From positions 8,618,001-8,682,000 of the forward strand of contig CM060732.1 in assembly GCA_030704615.1 (NCBI GenBank): a DNA stretch of 64,000 bases, written 5' to 3'. Within the stretch, counting starts at the first letter, position 1, and every line of letters starts with the position of its first letter. Source of the stretch: Takakia lepidozioides (lineage: Eukaryota > Plantae > Bryophyta). Below the pieces are notes generated by a model, which worked only from the letters and a program-made list of their open reading frames with translations, was not told the origin of the DNA and searched no databases. Position numbers and translations under genes: made by a program. This document shows, piece by piece, positions 39,050 through 51,322 of this stretch.

Positions 39050-42000
39050 CCGGTGCAGCCCGTGACTGTGTCTGTGTTTCAATATGCAAATCGTGTTGCA
39101 GTGTATACCACTGTATCCTTTCAACTTATTGGCATTGACTCTTCCCCACATCTCTTTGTTAATGGTTTGTAACATGGCGGTGTTGTTATCATACATCTTC
39201 TGTATGACATAAGGTCATTTCCATGGTGATTTAAGCTTAGAAGCCTTAATCTTCCCCTTCTTCTGCAACCACAGAACCAAATCACCCGTCTTAAAAGTTT
39301 TCAGTTTACCTTCATCAAATTGATCCTTCCTCTTAATCTGAATTCTGGTCATGTTATTTGCTGCATCAGCACATACTTCATCTACATGGTATAATTTATG
39401 TTTCCTGACCTTAATTGAATCTTCCAATTCCATTCTCCTTCCCCATTCCGTTCTCATGGTAGGTAACAAGAACTCCACTGGAAGTAAAGCTTCCATACCA
39501 TAAACTAATTGGAATGGTGTATACTTAGTGGTGACTTTATATGAAGTCATGTATGACCACAAAGCCGTCAACAGCTTTGTATCCCAATCTGTTATGTTTG
39601 CATCGACTATCTTAGCCAAGATAGTACATAGTATTTTGTTGGTAGCCTCTGCCTGCCCATTACCCTGTGGGTAATAAGTTGTACTCTTCCTATGCACAAT
39701 CATGAACTCTTTAGTCAATAGTTCTATGGTCTCATTAATGAAGTGACTTCCCCGGTCACAAATAAATTCCAGGGGACAGCCAAATCTTGTAAGTATGTTC
39801 TCATACAGGAACCTTGCTGTGGACTTAGCTGTGTTGTCCCTCAGAGCTTTAGCTTCCACCCACTTTGTAGTATAATCAGTGGCTGTGATTATATACTTGT
39901 TATGTGTATTCTTGGCTGGTGGGTTAATTGGTCCAACAAAGTCTAGTCCCCATTTCTGAAATGGTTCAGTAGGCATCGTAGGATGCAAAGCCATCTTCCC
40001 AGATCTCTGCAATGGTCCTAGCCTCTGACACTCATCACAATTATTACAATACTTGTGTACATCCTTGAACAAAGTAGGCCACCAGTAACCTGCAAGTAGT
40101 ATCTTTCTACTGGTAGTCTCTTCTCCAAAATGACCTCCAGCCACTCCTTTATGAACTTCCTCCAAAACTTTATTTACTTCATGGTGGTACAAGCATCGTT
40201 TAAGTACTCCATCAGGTCCTAGTTTATACATTCTGCCCCCTACCATAGTATAAGGTAAAGCCTTGATAGCGATTCTCTTCCTCTGCTCCTTTCTATAACT
40301 AGGTGGGCACTAACCATTAGTAAGGTAGTATCTGATTGGCCATTGCCAATCTAACCAGTCATCTGCACTTCCCTGCACCTCCACTTCAAACAAACTCGCA
40401 TCAGGTGGTTGGTCGTCTGCTCCTGTAGCGGGCTCTCCTGTTGATAGGCGTGACAAGTGATCTGCCACAAGATGCAAATGGCCAGGCTTGTAAACAACTT
40501 CAAACTCAAACTCGTGCAAGATTATTAACCACCTTGCTATCCTTCCACTTATCAAAGGCTTGTTCACCAAATAAATCAGAACCTGATGATCCACATAAAA
40601 CATAAACTTCCTTCCCAATAGGTAATGTCTGAATTTCTTGACTGCATAAATCATTGCCAGTGCTTCTCTTTCAGTTGTGCTATAGTTCCTTTCAGCACTG
40701 TTCATCAACCTGCTAGCATAGTACACAGGTGAATCTATGTTTCCTGTAACATTTTGGGCTAACACTGCTCCCAACACTTCTCCTGAGGCATCACAGTGAA
40801 CATGAAATACTACATGCCAATGAGGGTTAATCAACACAGGTGTAGTTGTTACTGACAATGTAAGTTCCTCAAAAGCCTGTTGACATTCAACTGTCCATGC
40901 AAACACTACATCTTTCTTCAGAAGCTTGCTCAATGGTGGTGTTATCTGTGCATACCGTCTGACAAATCTTCTATAATAACTGGTTTGTCCAAGGAATCTC
41001 CTTAGACTCTTAACATTTACTGGTGGTGGAGAGGCTTTAATGGCCTCTGTCTTTCTGGGATCCACAAGAAGTCCCCCTGAGTTCACACAGAAAGTACACT
41101 TCTCTGGATTCAGGCCCAAACCTCTCATCCTGCATCTGGCCAAACATAACTCCAATTTATGCAAGTGCTCATTCTTAGAGCTATACACACTGAAATCATC
41201 CAAGAATACCTGCATGAAATCATCCAGATACTCATGAAAAGATTCATTTATCACTCTCTGAAAGGCTGCTGGTGCATTACAAAGTCCAAAAGGCATGACT
41301 TTGTATGCATAAGCACCCCAGTCTGTGATGAAAGTTGTCTTTCCCTGGTCTTCTTCTGCCACTTGCACTTGATTATAACCACTGAAGCCATTCATGAATG
41401 AGTACATCTCATGACCTGACACAGTGTCCAATACCGCTTCTGTGAATGGCAAAGAGAAAGGATCTTTCTTCGTACTAGCATTCAACTTCTTATAGTTCAC
41501 ACAAACTCTTAGTTTACCATTCTTCTTGGGAACTATCACAATGGGTGACAACCAAGTTGTATACTCTATCGGGTATATAAACTTAGCCTCAGCCAACTTC
41601 TTGATCTCTTCCCCAACCTTCTGTGCATAGTTGGGATTCATTCTATACCTATCCTGTTTGATTGGTACTGACCCTGGTTCCAGTTCAATCTTATGCTGAC
41701 TGATCTCAGGTGGTATCCCTTTCAGATCCTCGTAGCTCCAAGCAAATACATCTCTGTATTTGATGAACAGACTCTTAGCTTCCTCAAAGAATTCTGGCTC
41801 CAAATCAGCCCCTACCTTCACCATCCTCGGTTCCCCTTCAGTTCCCACATTCACTTATCTCACCTGCTCATCAGCTGTGATTGTCCAACCAGTCACCACT
41901 TCATCCTGTAAACCCACAGTGGCTGGTTCTTCTAGGATTTCCATTTCTCCCTCTCTTTCTTCATAGAAATGTGGTGGGTAGCTGCTTGTTTCACCCTCAA

Positions 42001-45000
42001 TTGGTGTTGTTGTCACTACACCACAGCAGATACCTTTTAAACAACTTAGGCCTTCCAATTGCATCTCTGCAACCTGCTCCCACTCTGGGTGTGCAGCGAG
42101 CAGGGTAGCTTCCTGCTCCTCATCAAGTCCTCCCCTCCAGTCATACTCCGTGACCCCTCGAGGTCTTCTCGTAGCAGGTAGTCTACTAGATTTCTTAGTG
42201 GTGATTTGTATCTTGTGCATCCCATCATGCACAGTTAGTAACTGGGAATTCCAGTCATGGGATACCCTGGCCTGTTTCAGCCACGGTCGACCCAGCAATA
42301 AGGAGTAAGCTTCCATGACTTCATCCATTTTCAACACAGTTACTGTGATCTTAAAGATCATCTTTTGAATCTGTATCTTAACTCCTCTTATCAATCCCAA
42401 TGGCTGTACACTTCTTTGATCTACCATTGTTACTGTAAATGGGGCTGGTTTCATGTTATTTAGACCAAGCTTCTGCCTTAATTGGTCTGTCATGATATTC
42501 ACTCATGAGCCTCCATCTATCAGTACATCAGTCAAGTCTGTGCTTCCAATTCTCAATTGGATTACTGACATAGAATCATCAAAGTCCATGACAATTTCTC
42601 GCCCTTCTGGCTTCACATTATAACTGGTCACCTTGTTGTTCAGGTCTATGTTCCCTGTCACATGGGCAATTCGATTGATTGCTTGATACAGCCTGTGTCT
42701 ACAATAAGGTGCCACAGCCAATAGCTGTCTAATGGTAATCTCCGCTTTGGACTGGCATATTACTTCAGCCAAAGTCCCTTCATTACTCTGTATTTCTACA
42801 GCTTCTTTCTTCCCTTCATCCTCACTCACTTCCTCTTCTCTTTCAGAATCAGAGGAATCTGCCATAGGAATATCAGTACTCTTCTGCATTTCCTTTATGG
42901 TATCTGCCACTTCCTTGTGCAGTTCCTTCTCATCTCTCCAAGCCTCATCATCTTCAGGCACATCACTTCCATCTTCATTATCATCACCTTCCTCATCTAC
43001 TGGAGGTATTAATTTGGCTTTGCTTCTGGTTACTATCATTGTACTTACTTCTGGTACAACACATGGCCTAACCATGTGAGCTGCCACCACTGGCCCCTCA
43101 TTCACAAGAGCTCTCATCTCATTCTGGTGTCTGATCCAGAATGGACAGGCTGCCTTGCGATGTCCTGCCTGATTACAATAGTAACACAGTTCTTCCCCAT
43201 TAGGTCCTCGCCCTTGGTCTGTTCTGGGATTGTTTCTGTAATCCTGATTCCCTGGCTGGTAATTCCCCCTTGGATTAACCTGATAGTTGCCTCTGGAATT
43301 TCCTTGGTAATTCCCTCTTGGATTACCTCTCCCTTCCATGCCATTGTTATAACTACCAGGCCTACCATAGTGGTCCTGATCACTGTTTCTTCTTGGCTGG
43401 GGCTGCACTTGATGCACCCTTACTTGCCTAGGTTCTCTTGCAGCTGTCCTTCTGTTGTAGTAACAATTCTCAGTAGAATGGTTATCCATTTTACAGATAG
43501 TACAGTGTTTCTCCTTCATGTGGCATTCAGTGGTGGTATGGCCTTCATTCTGGCATTTTGCACACCAAACACCCTTCCTCCAATGTGTTGCAGCCTCTGT
43601 GGCATACTTCTTCAAGATTTCTTCTAATCTTTTCTCATAGTTATCCCTCTTCAACTTTTTCTTCCTCTTACTCTCCCTCTTAAGCTCTTGCTCTTCTTCC
43701 TCATCTGACTCATCCTCAGAGTCTTCATCATCCCTTTTCTCTCTCCTGTGCATTCCCAATTGCTCAATTCTGTTCGCTGTTTCAAATGCCTCCTCCACTG
43801 TATTATGGGGTAACATATCCACTTTTTTTTGCAACTCTGGTCTTAGTCCACTCACAAACCAAGTCTTCTGTAAACCTGGTGCTGGTACAGCAGCCAGCTT
43901 TTTCATCATCAATTCCATATTTTCCATGTACTCCTCAACAGTTTCATGCTTCTTTTGCTTTAACTGTTGTAAACTTCCATACACTTTATCCTCAGTTTTA
44001 TTTGTCCTGAACCTATTTCGGAATGCTGTATTTAAGCCATTCCAGGTTAAGAAATGATTATCAGGGAATCTTGCATACCATTCACTTGCTTTATTTATAA
44101 GTGAACAAGGAAATAGTCTCATCTTGGCATCATCGCCATTCTCATTGTTCACAATACACATGTGCTCAAATTGGTTAATGTGTACATCAGGATCCCCTTT
44201 TCCTGAATATATTGGAACAGGTGGTTTTTCCTGTGTTGGTTGTAACGCCATGTGTGGCCCTACCCCCTGCCCACTGACAGGTACTGGCCCCCTTGCTGGT
44301 GCTGGTCCTTGAGGACCTGTGGTAGTTGTGGTGGAACTTCCACCAAGTGCTCGCCCCTGAGCACTCCCTGCTACTGGCCTCACTATATTCACAGTATTCC
44401 CAGCTCTAGTTGCACTACTTTCCACACTCCCTGTCCCCCCAGAGCCAGATCCAGGCTGCCCGCCTGATCCCCCTGAGCCAACACCTTCGTTGGCCAGTGA
44501 TCCAAGTGCTCCATTTGATCCAGGTCCAACGGGTTGGGATGTCCTGGTTGTAGTCTCAACCTCAGCTGCTGGGTCTACTTCTTCATACTCTTCATCTTCC
44601 AATTTATTCTCCCTGTTTTCATCTTCCAAGTTTTGCCCTTGGGTTTCTTCTTCTTCACTCATGTAACTCAATTGCAATGGTGTTGGAGAGTTTGAACTCT
44701 CCGTTGGCTCTGCCACATCCTCTCCTCCTTCTTCGTCTTCCGTTTCAGAAACTGGAGTTCCTGCTTTTGGTGTTCCATGCCAACTCTTATCAAAGATTTC
44801 TGTCAAATCTTTTATCCAGGGATGTACCTCAAATCTTTCACCTCGTGGTTGATCTTCTTCCTGTACCAATTCCCTTAATCTTTCTTGCAAAGAAAAAGAA
44901 GGAGTGGCATCCAACTCTAGTTCTTCCGGTATGGGTGATGTAATCTATGATCTTAATGGTGTGAGAGGTCCAGATGATTCCCCTATGTCTATTCCTCTCT

Positions 45001-45085
45001 CCCAAAGATATGGATAATTAGCTTTCAGATAACTTTCTCTTTTTGCTGAATATCTCTGGAGTCTAGCTTCTCTTTCATCACTCAT
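39050..45085 (-). pseudogene. A1 gag-pol, single frame with about five point stop codons
   Basis: In-frame ORFs 42503-44914 (gag, three CCHC knuckles), 41855-42502 (PR), 40310-41854 (RT-RH) and 39215-40246 (INT) are separated only by stops; ATG at 45085. Confidence 0.95.
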
Positions 45086-45105
45086 GTCCCATGTCTTTCA
45101 TTTCT

Positions 45106-45801
45106 TTAATGTGGCAATAACCAAAACTCTCTTCTGTAGTATCTCTCGTATATGCCTGGGTTTCTTTCAAGCTTCAATGCACCCTTGGCTATACTAGAAG
45201 TCTCCGTTACCATATAACCATATGGCAAAGAAGTCTGAAAAGCTGTTCTTGGTGTGAGTTTGATCCACAAAATATCCTTTGGAATCCAATTATTTACCAG
45301 TACAAGCTCCTCATGCATATGAGTATAAACATTCACCTTCCTTTCCTCCAAGCCTTCAAACTTTACTCGCTTAATGGATAGCAATGCTATCACATAAACC
45401 AGTGTTGGTAACCAACGTGCTCTTCCTCTACAGGCCACCTGATAAATCTTTATCACTCCTTTCTCCAGACCCCACTCAGGGTCAGCATCATGCACTCTCT
45501 TAAGAATGTTTTCTTTACAACCGTCTAGCAATTCCAAGAACCTCTGAAAGAATTGTTTGGACAATCTTTCCTTCTCAGTTCCACAGGGAATTTGATTCAC
45601 ATCAAATTCTTTAATTCTCCAACCACCATGATCCCACCAGATGCCTGTCACATCTGGTTGTTCATGACCCAGTTCCCCAGTATGGTCGCCAAATGTCGAG
45701 TGGCTTTTACTCACCCATCCCTTCGCTATCCGAGGTGGAAACTCCAAGATAGAAGAGTTGGATATCTCTAAGCACTTAGCCCGCTCAGAACAATCAGTCA
45801 T
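45106..45801 (-). CDS. A1 5' extra ORF (ORF0, 231 aa, unknown function) starting inside the LTR
   Basis: Uninterrupted frame from an ATG in the LTR across the LTR end and PBS to a stop 21 nt before the gag ATG; conserved in A2. Confidence 0.6.
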   Translation of the reverse strand: MTDCSERAKCLEISNSSILEFPPRIAKGWVSKSHSTFGDHTGELGHEQPDVTGIWWDHGGWRIKEFDVNQIPCGTEKERLSKQFFQRFLELLDGCKENILKRVHDADPEWGLEKGVIKIYQVACRGRARWLPTLVYVIALLSIKRVKFEGLEERKVNVYTHMHEELVLVNNWIPKDILWIKLTPRTAFQTSLPYGYMVTETSSIAKGALKLERNPGIYERYYRREFWLLPH

Positions 45802-46490
45802 GACCTACAGCTAGTGAATCATGGTTGTGCTTCCTATTTGTATTCCTTCTTGCCTTCATGTTATCAATTTACCTTACCGTGTATACTGAAGCATCAGATT
45901 GCTTCAGTATCTACTAAGTTCCAATTAATCATGCATTCATTCCACAGCTTCTCTCATGTCTCTCTACACAGTATGTTTGCATCGATTCAGTATCGGATTA
46001 AGATTAATCATGTATCATGCCTATGCCATGGTGTCCCTAATCTACCCTACTGTATAATTTTACAGCTTGCATGAATTAAGCCTCAATCAAGTCATCATCT
46101 CCTCTTCACTGTTTCCGCTCTTCGTTACGTCTCCTCCTCTCCGGAACAAGTCGCCCTCCTCAAGAAGTGATCATCTTCCAGTTGCCGCCCTGCCTAATCT
46201 ACCCGCAAGATGTTCTAACCACCTAACTAACTAACCGTCACCCCTGAAGTAACACGTTCCCACACAGTCGTTCCCTGTCAATGATAACTGTTCCCCATGT
46301 ACGCTGTGACAAGCTGTGTCAAGCTGTGCCGAGCTGTGACTGGCTGTGTAAAGCTGTGTCGGGCTGTGTCAGACTGTGTCTGGCTGTGATAGACTGTGAC
46401 GGGCTGTATAAAGCTGTGTCGGGCTGTGACTGGCTGTGCGAAGCTGTGTCGGTTGTGTCAGACTGTGTCTGGCTGTGATAGACTGTGACA
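45694..46490 (-). repeat. 5' LTR of A1, outer about 135 bp deleted
   Basis: Inner end TGTCGAG at 45694 next to the PBS; breaks off within the minisatellite and abuts the MTase exon. Confidence 0.88.
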
Positions 46491-49400
46491 ATACCAAACA
46501 AATGCCTGCCCGCTGCCTTGCAAGCATGGTACAAAGCTCCTGCAAAACAGAGTAGTGTTAGCAAAATGTAACAAACTCTGCAAGAAGAACAAAACACCAC
46601 AGACGGATAGGGGTGAAACCTGTTCCAAGAGTGAGGTCCACGATCCGCGCCCCCGGATGGGAACATATCTCTATAATTGTCTGAATAAGAGGTGGGCTCT
46701 TCTCCTTGGCCCCTCTCCATGGTGTGGCATTGGACTTTCTCAAACATACATTGGAGTCCACGTAATTGTAGTGCATGTCGTCCACCACTGGATCAAACTT
46801 CTCATTGATGAAACCTCCTCCCCCATGAAGCCTGAACTCCTTCACTACTGCTGGAGTCGAAGCAGGGTGCACCCTAACGAGGCAGACGGCTTCAAAAAGG
46901 CGGGTTTGCAAACAAGACAACATGAAGCACATATGAGACAATGCATACAACATTGCATAAGTACAGTGCAAGTTCAACCCTCCGAAATTGAGTGCGTTGA
47001 CGCACTCAATTCCGGAGGGGTGAACTTGTACTTGAAATGAAGCGGGCAAGAGAAGGTCGATTACCATTTGTCCCGGACAATCGCCCTTTGTTAAGTACAG
47101 GCTGTTCACACCATTCCACGTTTTGATGATCTTCATCCCCGAGGCCTTGAGATAGCTAGCAAGCTCCTGCCGACATTTCGTGGTGATGGACTGGATCATA
47201 ACAAGAACCCCTCCATCCGATAAAAGAAAATTGCAAAATGAAAAGACCCACCGCCAGTACCTCTCGTCAAATGCATTCCAGGTTGGGCAAGTGCCAGTGG
47301 GGAGAATGTCCAGGACTGGTTGCCCATCCGGAATGTCCACAATCACCATGTCTGCACAAAATGGTTTATGAGCTCCATTCACCCAACACTGCCCCTTTGA
47401 AACCTGAAATGAGACAGATGCAAAAATTAATTCACTATCCAAAATGGAAAACATTAACAACAACAAACAAGGGAAATTGGCTTACCGACTCCAGAAATGC
47501 ACACAGCTTGCCCCAAGTTTGAGAGGGTTCTCCAGTGTAAGTAGATTTCCTGCTCTCCATCATGGCAAGGAATGAATTGTTCACAAGCTCGCATTTACAT
47601 TCTCGGTGGATTCTGGATGGGTGCTCCACTGCATTGTATGGCTCAAACTTCCCCTTGCACTTTCGTTCCTTGTTTGGAAGTGGGGTCTGCGCTGCCTCAC
47701 CCCCTGCAGCCTCCCCTTGGGTGGCCTTCTCCTTCCCTTTGTCCTTTGTACCCTTTCCCTTTCCCTTCCCTCTCGCAAGAGTTTTGTTGGCTGCGGGTTC
47801 ATTCTCAGCGAGGTTCCGTAGGTTCCTCTCATGCAATTCCTTGTCCGTTAGAAGGGCCAGCAACTCCGCATAGTCGTTCTGGTTCCTTGTCTGCAACTCA
47901 TACTAGGGGCAATCTGATTTGGGAATGTCAAGATACCAGCAGCAGTCCTTGAGGTGATATCTCCCATAGTCCCTGAGGGTGGCTGCCGTGTACATGGTCT
48001 GGTTGTTAGAGGAGTCAGACCACAAGTCGATGAAGGTAGGGTACTTACTGAGGTTCTTCCCTAGAATGAGCACGTTCTTGATATGCCTACAAAGCAAATG
48101 AGGTAGATTTTTAGACCGTGGAGGCAAAACAGTGCATGGTGTTTGGCCCCCCCAAATTGCGTGCGTCGACGCACACAGTTTGGGGGTGCAAACACACATG
48201 AGAATAAATCAACCAAACTCGACTACCCCACAAGCAACATAAGCCAATAAGAATAACATAGGATTGCATTTGCACAAAGATATCCCAATGTCCCGCAATG
48301 TCCCAATGTCCAGCAACATTGAGAACACCCAAACAGGCAGCAAGAACTGCCACTCAAACTTGTGAATTCATTGAGGATGGGGAAATCACCAGAGTTTGAG
48401 GCCCTCTAAAATTGCGTGCGTTGGTGCACGCAGTTTTGGATGGGCACAGTCTGCCTCTCTACTATTTGCCAAAGACAAATTTCAAATAGAAAAAAGAATT
48501 CCTGAACCTGTACAGGACCCTCTTCATGGCTCCCACGGCTCCGAACTGCTGGTCAAACTCATTTGTGCGGGATATGCCCCCATCTCGGGCAAACTCTCTG
48601 AAGAAGTAGTTACTCCACGTGGTGGCCTTCCACTTTCTCAAGTAATCCTCCAGAGTGTCCTCGGGCACGGTCATCGCAATTTTGTAATCATGAAGTTGTT
48701 TCTCCAACACCTTGTTTGCACGAGCTTCAATCTGTCCACAGTCATATGCCTGGATTAGAGTCCATGTCCGGGAAGCAAAGAAATGAGAAGAATGCAAGAA
48801 GCATAGAAAACTAAAGACAGTCCAAAAGTGCGCATGGCTCCAGTAGGTGGCTTTGTGCAGCCATGTATCGAAAACTTGGTCGTTGAATGGTTTAACATGC
48901 CCAGTGTTTTCATCTCTTTCCCCACAAGGGAAGCAGTATGTGTCCTTGACAGTTGGGTCAGAATTCCAAATCTCCAACCATTTCACTTTCTGATCTGCGT
49001 CCACCGCTACAGTTGACAACCTGTGGAGCTTCTCCTGTGTCATCTCCGGTTTGGTGTTATTGTTCCAGTGGATCCTCACCTGGTTAAGGAACTCGGGACC
49101 AAAATCAGGATCAGCTATTCTCATCTGCTTCACGAAAGCACTCATGAGCTTCTTCCGGGTCTCATTCATCGTAAACTTCATGGCTTCCGCCACTCCCTGG
49201 GACGTTCTCATACCCTCTGGGTTTTTCAAATAGTACTCTGCTTTTCCTCTCTCTCCAGCTTCCGCTATTTCTTGTTGCAAAACATAATTAGGAATGAGAT
49301 CACATATAACTTACAACTACAAAAGACAACGGAAGGCCCAAGGGATGGAATACTAACCGTGTACATGTACTCCATGAATGCTTCCCTAGTCAGCTTGTAC

Positions 49401-51322
49401 CAGGTGTCCGACGTTTTGGATGTCAAGCATTTCTTGAAGGACTCTGCACTCAGGATGCTCTTGAATGAATTGAGGGGCATCTGGCCGATATTCTGGATCC
49501 TGAATAGGGTGTGAAGCAGGTTTGTTGTCACATGGACGGTTTCGGTTCCCCTGTCACATGCAGTGGTATGTCATGACATGTGTGCAAGAAGCGAACAGAC
49601 ATATATGGGCAAATTCCAGACAAACAAAGGGGAAGAAGACACCTATTTGTTAACGTCATGCATTGCAGTCAAGAGTGCAGTGATGTTTCCCTTGGGATCC
49701 AGCACCATTGAGGCCACAGAATAGTGCCACTCCTCCTCGGTGCTATGATATCTCTCGATCATGTTCCTCCATGCAAGCAACCGGTGGTTGTCATCCTAGA
49801 CATGAAACATCTTTCCTGAGAAAGGCTGGGTGACGAGCCTCTTGCAAATGATGGATTCGAACTCCTCGTTGATCTGTCGCCAAATAGGATCCCAGCCTCC
49901 AACAATGGACTCGTCCACCAACACCTCTCTGCCACAGGAGTCAGTCAATGAAACGTAAAAGACAGATTGACCCTCTATGTACCCATGGCATAAATCCTGT
50001 TCCAACTTTTGAATGTCATTCGTGAGCGTTGGTTGAACGAAGGGCATGGAGATCAAACGGCAAAGTGGGATCATTATTTTGCCCCTAGGAACGCCCATGG
50101 CCTTGATGACTTGCGCCGAATTCACTTTGGAGAAGGATAGCAGATCTTTCGCTCGGTCTTCGTAAGGCCTGCCATCGTCGTCCTCCTCAACAACCATGAG
50201 TTCCTGCTCAAACACTTCCTCCTGCTCTTGCGCTGCACCTTTCCTTTTCTTCGCTTGCGTTCAAAAGGATATATTTCGCATGAAAAGCATAGCCAAAATC
50301 TTCAAACTACACATCCTCTATGCTAATTGGAGCTTCCACTCCCTATATCACTCTACTCTCTTCCACATCACTATGCTGCAGTCTGTCAACCAAAATATGC
50401 TGCAGGCAAAATTGTGACTGTGAGAGAACCTCCAAAAACTGCGTGCGTTGACGCACGCAATTTCTAGGGGTTCTCTCATGGTGATTTGTAAGGGTTGTGT
50501 AGGGCTTCTGTCGCTGCTCATACATCCTGGCTGACACTTGGTAGTCTTGGAAAATGAGAGACCCAAAGATGAGAGAAGGCCATTCAGAGAACCCTCACAA
50601 ATTGCGTGCGTTGACGCACGTAATTTCTGGGGGTTCTCTCACAGTGACTTTGTGGACTCTGTAGGGCTAACAGTCGCTGCTCAGACATCCCGGCTTACCC
50701 TTGGTTGATTTGGGAAATGAGAGACCCAGAGATGAGAGAAGGCCATTGAGAGAACCCTCACAAATTGCGTGCATCGAAACTGGGCTGGGCTGGTACTTCA
50801 GGAACTGGGCTGGTACAAGCTGTCTCGAATGTGGGAGTGCCCCCTCCAATGCAGGAGATGAAAATAGAGGAGAGGTTCACCTACGGGTTTGGGGGTTGTG
50901 CAATCCCTGCATCACTCAGGTCTTACTCCGAATGTCCAGGCAGAAAAGAGAAGAAAATAGGGCATGAAAATTGCGTATGCCACCGCACTCAATTTTCATG
51001 CCCTGAAAAATGCACAGAAGAAGCCAAGAAAGAGAATCACCTGAGGTCATTTGAGTGCAGCACTCCCAGATGCCTTTGATGTAGCCACAATCGCGGCCAT
51101 CCTCCCCATTTGTGCAGCCTTCTTCCCCTTCGGCGTCGCTTTCTTTTCAACACGGTCGGGCTCGTCTGTGTCCATAGCGTTCGAGTTGCCCTCCGACGCA
51201 GTTTCGTCCCCTACTTCATCAGGTCACGGCGGCTGGTCCTCCCCCGCCATGTTTTCAGTTTCCAGGGCGGCGCTCTCCTCTGCGATCTCCTTCAGCGTCA
51301 TGTTCAGCTTGCGACCTTTCAT
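46491..51322 (-). pseudogene. Multi-exon gene: ParB/Srx-like domain + helical linker + beta-class N6A/N4C DNA methyltransferase-like domain (3' end deleted)
   Basis: Approximate exons 51322-51041, 50253-49647, 49550-49358, 49274-48834, 48749-48508, 48086-47486, 47403-47065, 46905-46620 and 46539-46491. ParB-like FHV*DDNHRLLAW..VLDP..ALLTAMHDVN; MTase motif IV ADMVIVDIPDG, LLSDGGVLV, motif X-I WRGAKEKSPPLIQTIIEICSHPGARIVDLTLGTG|ALYHACKAAGRHLFGI. Confidence 0.78.
46965..51003. repeat. Seven intronic hairpins with shared core AAATTGCGTGCGTYRACGCACGCAATTT
   Basis: At about 46965-47032, 48139-48195, 48401-48445, 50421-50478, 50586-50639, 50748-50777 (half) and 50960-51003; the three at 50421-50777 lie in a roughly 163-bp tandem repeat. 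Confidence 0.9.

Larger units (their letters stand above)
20475..46490 (-). mobile_element. Non-chromoviral Ty3/Gypsy LTR retrotransposon A1 with extra 5' and 3' ORFs, interrupted by nested copy A2
   Basis: Two matching LTRs, PBS, gag-PR-RT-RH-INT, long 3' ORF and PPT at 21754-21775; no chromodomain and no extra archaeal-type RNase H seen. Confidence 0.92.

Noticed and set aside
20475-46490. Assembly fold-back artefact explaining the inverted repeat
   Set aside because: A 4-of-5 target duplication, clean LTR boundaries and element-specific LTR variants support a real nested insertion.
46491-51322. Bacterial or phage contamination as the source of the ParB-MTase
   Set aside because: The gene has spliceosomal introns with branch points at positions shared with a paralogue and is interleaved with plant LTR elements.
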